This document shows positions 55,755 through 64,000 of a DNA stretch of 64,000 nt, one piece after another. The notes under the pieces were generated by a model. The model was given only the letters and a program-made list of their open reading frames with translations, was not told where the DNA came from and made no database searches. The DNA is taken from NCBI GenBank assembly GCA_965112735.1, contig OZ218964.1:2666001-2730000 (forward strand), given 5' to 3'. Numbering within the stretch: position 1 is the first letter of the stretch; each line of letters begins with the position of its first letter. This DNA is from Phaeosaccion multiseriatum. Taxonomy: Eukaryota > Protista > Ochrophyta, other classes. The position numbers and the translations under genes were made by a program.

Positions 55755-58700
55755 ATCTGTGGGCTCCGGTGGGCCATCTGGCGTTGAACTGCGCTTTGTC
55801 TGGGCCGGTGGGGTTGAAATGGTCCCACCATGGTCGTCATGAGTCTACCGTGCGTCTCTGGTGTGCCCGGTGTGGTTGTACACTCTGTTCTGTGGGGTTG
55901 AAATGGCCTATCTGTGAGCCCCGGTGGGTCATCTGGCGCCCGATTGCGACACGGGAGGGTTGAACAATGGCTTCCATGGGCCGGTGGGGTTGAAATGGTC
56001 CCACCATGGTCGCAATGAGTGGGCGCTGCGTCCATGGTGGGCTCGGCGGGGTTTAACATGGACCTCTGTGGGGTTGAACACGCCCATCTGTGCCCCCCCC
56101 CCCGGTGGGCAATCTGGGCCTGGTTTCGACACGGGAGGGTTGAACAATGCCTTCCATGGGCCGGTGGGGTTGAGATGGTCCCACCATGGTCGCAATGAGT
56201 CTGTGCTGCGTCCATGGTGCGCTCCGCGGGGTTGAACATGGACCTCTGTGGGGTTGAACAGTCCCATCTGTGGGTTCCCCGGGTGGACAATCTGGGCCTG
56301 ATCTCGGCACGGGAGGGTTGAACAATGCCTTCCATGGGCCGGTGGGGTTGAAATGGTCCCACCATGGTCGCAATCAGTGCGCGCGGCGTCTATGGTGCGC
56401 TCGGCGGGGCTGAACATGGACCTCTGTGGGGTTGAACAGGCCCATCTGTGGACTCCCCCGGTGGACAATCTGAGCCTGATTTCGAAACGGGAGGGTTGAA
56501 CAATGCCTTCCATGGGCCGGTGGGGTTGAAATGGTCCCACCATGGTCGCAATGAGTGTACGCGGCGTCCATGGTGCGCTCGGCGGGGTTGAACATGGACC
56601 TCTGTGGGGTTGAACAGGCCCATCTGTGGACCCCGGCGGGCAATCAGGGCCTGATTTCGCCACGGGAGGGTTGAACAATGCCTTGTGTGGGCCGGTGGGG
56701 TTGAAATGGTCCCAACATGGTCGCAATCAGTGCGCGCTGCGTCTATGGGGCGCTCGGCGGGGTTGAACATGGACCTCTGTGGGGTTGAACAGTCCCATCT
56801 GTGGGTTCCCCGGGTGGACAATCTGGGCCTGATCTCGGCACGGGAGGGTTGAACAATGCCTTCCATGCGCCGGTGGGGTTGAAATGGTCCCACCATGGTC
56901 GCAATGAGTGTACGCTTCGTCTACGGTGCGCTTGGCGGGGTTGAACATGGACCTCTGTGGGGTTGAACAGGCCCATCTGGGGGCACCCCCGGTGGGCAAT
57001 CTGGGCCTGATTTCGGCACTGGAGGGTTGAACAATGCCTTCCATGGGCCGGTGGGGTTGAAATGGTCCCACCATGGTCGCAATGAGTCTGTGCTGCGTCC
57101 ATGGTGCGCTCGGCGGGGTTGAACATGGACCTCTGTGGGGTTGAACAGGCCCATCTGTGAGCCCCGGTGGGTCATCTGGCGCCTGATTTCGACACCGGAG
57201 GGTTGAACTGTGCTTTCTCTGGGCCAGTGGTGGTGAAATCGTCCCACCATGGTCGTCATGCGTCTGCCGGGCGTCGCTGGTGTGCTCGGTGTGATTGTAC
57301 ACTCTGTTCTGTGGGGTTGAAATGGCCCATCTGTGAGCCCCGGGGGGCCGTCTGGCGCCTGATTTTGACACAGGAGGGTTGAAGTGTGCTTTTTCTGGGC
57401 CAGTGGTGGTGAAATGGTCCCACCATGGTCGGCACGAGTCTACCGGGCGTCTCTGGTGTGCTCGGTGTGATTGTACACTCTGTTCTGTGGGGTTGAAATG
57501 GCCCATCTGTGAGCCCCGGTGGGTCATTTGGCGCCTGATTTTGACACGGGAGGGTTGAAGTGTGCTTTCTCTGGGCCGGTGGGTTTGAAATGGTCCCACC
57601 ATGGTCGTCATGAGTCTGCGGGGCGTCTCGGGTGTGCTCGGTGTGGTTGTACACTCTGTTCTGTGGGGTTGAAATGGCCCATCTGTGAGCCCCGGTGGGT
57701 CTTCTGGCGCTTGATTTCGACACGGGAGGGTTGAAGTGTGCTTTCTCTGGGCCAGTGGTGGTGAAATGGTCCCACCATGGTCCGCATCAATCGGCCTTGC
57801 GTCTCGGGTGTGCTCGGTGTAGTTGTACACTCTGTTCTATGGGGTTGAAATGGCCCATCTCTAAGCCCCCGGTGGGTCATCTGGCGCCTGATTTCGACAC
57901 AGGAGGGTTGAAGAGTGCTTTCTCTGGGCCAGTGGTGGTGATATCGTCCCACCATGGTCGTCATGCGTCTGCCGGGCGTCGCTGGTGTGCTCGGTGTGAT
58001 TGTACACTCTGTTCTGTGGGGTTGAAATGGCCCATCTGTGAGCCCCGGTGGGTCATCTGGCGCCTGATATCGACACGGGAGGGTTGAAGAGTGCCTTCTC
58101 TGGGCCAGTGGTGGTGAAATGGTCCCACCATGGTCGTCATGAGTCTTCCGGGCGTCTCGGGTGTGCTCGTTGTGACTGTACACTCTGTTCTGTGGGGTTG
58201 AAATGGCCCATCTGTGAGCCCCGGTGGGTCATCTGGCGCCTGATATCGACACGGGAGGGTTGAAGAGTGCCTTCTCTGGGCCAGTGGTGTTGAAATGGTC
58301 CCACCATGGTCGTCATGGGTCCGCTGGGCGTCTCTGGTGTGCTCGGTGTGGTTGTACACTCTGTTCTGTGGATTTGAAATTGCCCATCTGTGAGCCCCGG
58401 TGGGTCATCTGGCGCGCGATCGCGACACGGGAGGGTTGAAGTGTGCTTTCTCTGGGCCAGTGGGGTTGAAAATGTCCCACCATGGTCGTCATGAGTCTGC
58501 CATGCGTCTCTGGTGTGCTCGGTGTGATTTTACACTCTGTTCTGTGGGGTTGAAATGGCCCGTCTGTGAGCCCCGGTGGGTCATCTGGCGCCCGATCGCG
58601 ACACGGGAGGGTTGAAGTGTGCTTTCTCTGGGCCAGTGGTGGTGAAATGGTCCCACCATGGTCGTCATGAGTCTGCCGTGCGTCTCTGGTGTGCTCGGTG

Positions 58701-61700
58701 TGGTTGTACACTCTGTTCTGTGGGGTTGAAATGGCCCATCTGTGAGCCCCGGTGGGTCATCTGGCGCCCGATTATGACACGGGAGGGTTGAAGTGTGCTT
58801 TCTATGGGCCGGTGGTGGTGAAATGGTCCCACCATGGTCGTCATGGGTCCGCTGGGCGTCTCTGGTGTGCTCGGTGTGGTTGTACACTCTGTTCTATGGG
58901 GTTGAAATGGCCCATCTGTGAGCCCCGGTGGGTCATCTGGCGCCCGATCGCGACACGGGAGGGTTGAAGTGCGCTTTCTCTGGGCCAGTGGTGAAGAAAT
59001 GGTCCCACCATGGTCGTCATGAGTCTGCCATGCGTCTCTGGTGTGCTCGGTGTGATTTTACACTCTGTTCTGTGGGGTTGAAATGGCCCGTCTGTGAGCC
59101 CCGGTGGGTCATCTGGCGCCCGATCGCGACACGGGAGGGTTGAAGTGTGCTTTCTCTGGGCCAGTGGTGGTGAAATGGTCCCACCATGGTCGTCATGAGT
59201 CTGCCGTGCGTCTCTGGCGTGCTCGGTGTGGTTGTACACTCTGTTCTGTGGGGTTGAAATGGCCCATCTGTGAGCCCCGGTGGGTCATCTGGCACCCGAT
59301 TTTGACACGGGAGGGTTGAAGAGTGCTTTCTCTGGGCCAGTGGTGGTGATATCGTCCCACCATGGTCGTCATGCGTCTGCCGGGCGTCGCTGGTGTGCTC
59401 GGTGTGATTGTACACTCTGTTCTGTGGGGTTGAAATGGCCCATCTGTGAGCCCTGGTGGGTCATCTGGCGCCTGATATCGACACGGGAGGGTTGAAGAGT
59501 GCCTTCTCTGGGCCAGTGGTGTTGAAATGGTCCCAACATGGTCGTCATGAGTCTTCCGGGCGTCTCGGGTGTGCTCGGTGTGGTTGTACACTCTGTTCTG
59601 TGGGTTTGAAATGGCCCATCTGTGAGCCCCGGTGGGTCATCTGGCGCGCGATCGCGACACGGGAGGGTTGAAGTGTGCTTTCTCTGGGCCGGTGGTGGTG
59701 AAATGGTCCCACCATGGTCGTCATGGGTCCGCCGGGCGTCTCTGGTGTGCTCGGTGTGATTGTACACTCTGTTCTGTGGGGTTGAAACGGCCCATCTGTT
59801 AGCCCCGGGGGGCCATCTGGCGCCCGATCGCGACACGGGAGGGTTGAAGTGTGCTTTCTCTGGGCCGGTGGGGTTGAAATGGTCCCACCATGGTCGTCAT
59901 AAGTACACTGGGCGTCGCTGGTGTGCTCGGTGTGGTTGTACACTCTGTTCTATGGGGTTGAAATGGCCCATCTGTGAGCCCCGGTGGGTCATCTGGCGCC
60001 TGATTTTGACACGGGAGGGTTGAAGTGTGCTTTCTCTGGGCCAGTGGGGTTGAAATGGTCCCACCATGGTCGTCATGAGTCAGCCGTGCGTCTCGGGTGT
60101 GCTCGGTGTGATTGTACACTCTGTTCTATGGGGTTGAAATGGCCCATCTGTGAGCCCCGGTGGGTCATCTGGCGCCTAGTGAGTTTGGACACGGGGGGGT
60201 TGAAGTGTGCTTTCTCTGGGCCGGTGGGTTTGAAATGGTCCCACCATGGTCGTCATGAGTCCGCCGGGCGTCTCTGGTGTGCTCGGTGTGATTGTACACT
60301 CAGTTCTGTGGGGTTGAAATGGCCCATCTGTGAGCCCCGGTGGGTCATCTGGCGCCCGATCGCGACACGGGAGGGTTGAAGTGCGCTTTCTCTGGGCCAG
60401 TGGTGAAGAAATGGTCCCACCATGGTCGTCATGAGTCTGCCATGCGTCTCTGGTGTGCTCGGTGTGATTTTACACTCTGTTCTGTGGGGTTGAAATGGCC
60501 CGTCTGTGAGCCCCGGTGGGTCATCTGGCGCCAGATTTCGACACGGGAGGGTTGAAGAGTGCTTTCTCTGGGTCATTGGTGGTGAAGTGGTCCCACCATG
60601 GTCGTCATGAGACTACGGGGCGTCTCTGGTGTGCTCGGTGTAATTGTACACTCTGTTCTGTGGGGTTGAAATGGCCCGTCTGTGAGCCCCGGTGGGTCAT
60701 CTGGCGCCAGATTTCGACACGGGAGGGTTGAAGAGTGCTTTCTCTGGGCCATTGGTGTTGAAATGGTCCCACCATGGTCGTCGTGAGTCCTCCGGGCGTC
60801 TCTGGTGTGCTCGGTGTGATTGTACACTCTGTTCTGTGGGGTTGAAATGGCCCATCTGTGAGCCCCGGTGGGTCATCTGGCGCCCGATCGCGACACGGGA
60901 GGGTTGAAGTGCGCTTTCTCTGGGCCAGTGGTGAAGAAATGGTCCCACCATGGTCGTCATGAGTCTGCCATGCGTCTCTGGTGTGCTCGGTGTGATTTTA
61001 CACTCTGTTCTGTGGGGTTGAAATGGCCCGTCTGTGAGCCCCGGTGGGTCATCTGGCGCCCGATCGCGACACGGGAGGGTTGAAGTGTGCTTTCTCTGGG
61101 CCAGTGGTGGTGAAATGGTCCCACCATGGTCGTCATGAGTCTGCCGTGCGTCTCTGGTGTGCTCGGTGTGGTTGTACACTCTGTTCTGTGGGGTTCAAAT
61201 GGCCCATCTGTGAGCCCCGGTGGGTCATCTGGCGCCCGATTTTGACACGGGAGGGTTGAAGTGTGCTTTCTATGGGCCGGTGGTGTTGAAATGGTCCCAC
61301 CATGGTCGTCATGGGTCCGCCGGGCGTCTCTGGTGTGCTCGGTGTGGTTGTACACTCTGTTCTATGGGGTTGAAATGGCCCATCTGTGAGCCCCGGGGGG
61401 CCATCTGGCGCGCGATTTCGACACGGGAGGGTTGAAGTGTGCTTTCTCTGGGCCAGTGGTGGTGAAATGGTCCCACCATGGTCGTCATGCGTCCACCGTG
61501 CGTCTCTGGTGTGCTCGGTGTGGTTGTACACTCTGTTCTGTGGGGTTGAAATGGCCCATCTGTGAGCCCCGGTGGGTCATCTGGCACCTGATTTTGACAC
61601 GGGAGGGTTGAAGTGTGCTTTCTCTGGGCCAGCGGGGTTGAAATGGTCCCACCATGGTCGTCATGAGTCTGCGGGGCGTCTCTGGTGTGCTCGGTGTGAT

Positions 61701-64000
61701 TGTACACTCAGTTCTGTGGGGTTGAAATGGCCCATCTGTGAGCCCCGGTGGGTCATTTGGCGCCTGATGTCGACACGGGAGGGTTGAAGTGTGCTTTCTC
61801 TGGGCCAGCGTGGTTGAAATGGTCCCACCATGGTCGTCATCCGTCCGCCGTGCGTCTGTGGTGTGCTCGGTGTGGTTGTACACTCTGTTCTGTGGGGTTG
61901 AAATGGCCCATCTGTGAGCCCCGGTGGGTCATCTGGCGCCTGATTTTGACACGGGAGGGTTGAAGTGTGCTTTCTCTGGGCCAGTGGTGGTGAAATGGTC
62001 CCACCATGGTCGTCATGAGTCCGCGGGGCGTCTCTGGTGTGCTCGGTGTGGTTGTACACTCTGTTCTGTGGGGTTGAAATGGCCCATCTGTGAGCCCCGG
62101 TGGGTCATCTGGCGCCTAATTTCGACACGGGAGGGTTGAAGTGTGCTTTCTATGGGCCAGCGGGGTTGACATGGTCCCACCATGGTCGTCATGAGTCCGC
62201 CGTGCGTCTCTGGTGTGCTCGGTGTGATTGTACACTCTGTTCTATGGGGTTGAAATGGCCCATCTGTGAGCCCCGGGGGGGCGTCTGGCGCCTGATTTTG
62301 ACACAGGAGGGTTGAAGTGTGCTTTCTCTGGTCCAGTGGTGGTAAAATGGTCCCACCATGGTCGTCATGCGTCTGCCGGGCGTCTCTGGTGTGCTCGGTG
62401 TGGTTGTACACTCTGTTCTGTGGGGTTGAAATGGCCCATCTGTGAGCCCCGGTGGGTCATCTGGCGCTTGATTTCGACACGGGAGGGTTGAAGTGTGCTT
62501 TCTCTGGGCCGGTGGTGGTGAAATGGTCCCACCATGGTCGTCATGGGTCCGCCGGGCGTCTCTGGTGTGCTCGGTGTGATTGTACACTCTGTTCTGTGGG
62601 GTTGAAACGGCCCATCTGTTAGCCCCGGGGGGCCATCTGGCGCCCGATCGCGACACGGGAGGGTTGAAGTGTGCTTTCTCTGGGCCGGTGAAGTTGAAAT
62701 GGTCCCACCATGGTCGTCATGAGTACACTGGGCGTCGCTGGTGTGCTCGGTGTGGTTGTACACTCTGTTCTATGGGGTTGAAATGGCCCATCTGTGAGCC
62801 CCGGTGGGTCATCTGGCGCCTGATTTTGACACGGGAGGGTTGAAGTGTGCTTTCTCTGGGCCAGTGGGGTTGAAATGGTCCCACCATGGTCGTCATGAGT
62901 CCGCGGGGCGTCTCTGGTGTGCTCGGTGTGGTTGTACACTCTGTTCTGTGGGGTTGAAATGGCCCATCTGTGAGCCCCGGTGGGTCATCTGGCGCCTAAT
63001 TTCGACACGGGAGGGTTGAAGTGTGCTTTCTCTGGGCCAGCGTGGTTGAAATGGTCCCACCATGGTCGTCATCCGTCCGCCGTGCGTCTGTGGTGTGCTC
63101 GGTGTGGTTGTACACTCTGTTCTGTGGGGTTGAAATGGCCCATCTGTGAGCCCCGGTGGGTCATCTGGCGCCTGATTTTGACACGGGAGGGTTAGAGTGT
63201 GCTTTCTCTGGGCCAGTGGTGGTGAAATGGTCCCACCGTGGTCGTCATGAGTCCGCGGGGCGTCTCTGGTGTGCTCGGTGTGGTTGTACACTCTGTTCTG
63301 TGGGGTTGAAATGGCCCATCTGTGAGCCCCGGTGGGTCATCTGGCGCCTAATTTCGACACGGGAGGGTTGAAGTGTGCTTTCTCTGGGCCAGCGGGGTTG
63401 AAATGGTCCCACCATGGTCGTCATGAGTCCGCCGTGCGTCTCTGGTGTGCTCGGTGTGATTGTACACTCTGTTCTATGGGGTTGAAATGGCCCATCTGTG
63501 AGCCCCGGGGGGGCGTCTGGCGCCTGATTTTGACACAGGAGGGTTGAAGTGTGCTTTCTCTGGTCCAGTGGTGGTAAAATGGTCCCACCATGGTCGTCAT
63601 GCGTCTGCCGGGCGTCTCTGGTGTGCTCGGTGTGGTTGTACACTCTGTTCTGTGGGGTTGAAATGGCCCATCTGTGAGCCCCGGTGGGTCATCTGGCGCT
63701 TGATTTCGACACGGGAGGGTTGAAGTGTGCTTTCTCTGGGCCGGTGGTGGTGAAATGGTCCCACCATGGTCGTCATGGGTCCGCCGGGCGTCTCTGGTGT
63801 GCTCGGTGTGATTGTACACTCTGTTCTGTGGGGTTGAAACGGCCCATCTGTTAGCCCCGGGGGGCCATCTGGCGCCCGATCGCGACACGGGAGGGTTGAA
63901 GTGTGCTTTCTCTGGGCCGGTGGGGTTGAAATGGTCCCACCATGGTCGTCATGAGTACACTGGGCGTCGCTGGTGTGCTCGGTGTGGTTGTACACTCTGT
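55755..64000. repeat. Tandem satellite array, ~176-bp monomer, ~47 copies, runs off the window end
   Basis: The monomer (TGTGAGCCCCGGTGGGTCATCTGGCGCC...GGGTTGAAATGGTCCCACCATGGTCG...TGTACACTCTGTTCTGTGGGGTTGAAATGGCCCATC) recurs every 176 bp, and ORF-track entries repeat at 176-bp steps. Seven ~178-bp variant monomers lie at ~55960-57150. Confidence 0.97.

Noticed and set aside
55751-63995. Dozens of 71-367 aa ORFs in the terminal array
   Set aside because: They repeat at 176-bp steps on both strands and are by-products of a non-triplet satellite, not genes.
55755-64000. CRISPR array or 5S/tRNA/snRNA tandem cluster
   Set aside because: There are no unique spacers (whole monomers repeat), no cas genes, and no recognisable 5S, tRNA or snRNA motifs; the context is eukaryotic.

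Overview
Gene-dense eukaryotic nuclear DNA, probably from a photosynthetic stramenopile (ochrophyte). That assignment is inferred from an ASAFAP-like plastid presequence, TTAGGG-type telomere words and stramenopile-style LNR repeats. Genes are split by many short, microsatellite-rich introns, almost all GT-AG, so most ORF-track entries are noise. Hand-spliced genes in order: BRR2/SNRNP200 helicase (minus, 5' half, runs off the window start), a head-to-head large mitochondrial-type PPR protein, an FGGY carbohydrate kinase, an intronless SnoaL/NTF2-like protein, an ELMOD protein, ETHE1 persulfide dioxygenase, a GPI-anchored Kp43-like subtilase, a PP2C phosphatase and an intronless secreted Methyltransf_22/METTL24-like protein. 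Mobile DNA comprises a fragment of an RLE-type non-LTR retrotransposon, a broken Sola2-type transposase and a MITE-like palindromic patch. The last 8.2 kb is a ~176-bp satellite with two subfamilies and a 7-mer higher-order repeat. The most unusual signal is in the introns. Two non-simple motifs (GGATGGCAGTGGATGG and GCAGTTGGTGATAC) recur in unrelated genes on both strands with consistent polarity: G-form just after donors, reverse-complement C-form just before acceptors. In two cases they form 16-17-bp inverted repeats bracketing an exon. Several tandem repeats are also built from branch-point or donor words. All gene models are by eye and unverified by expression data or database searches.
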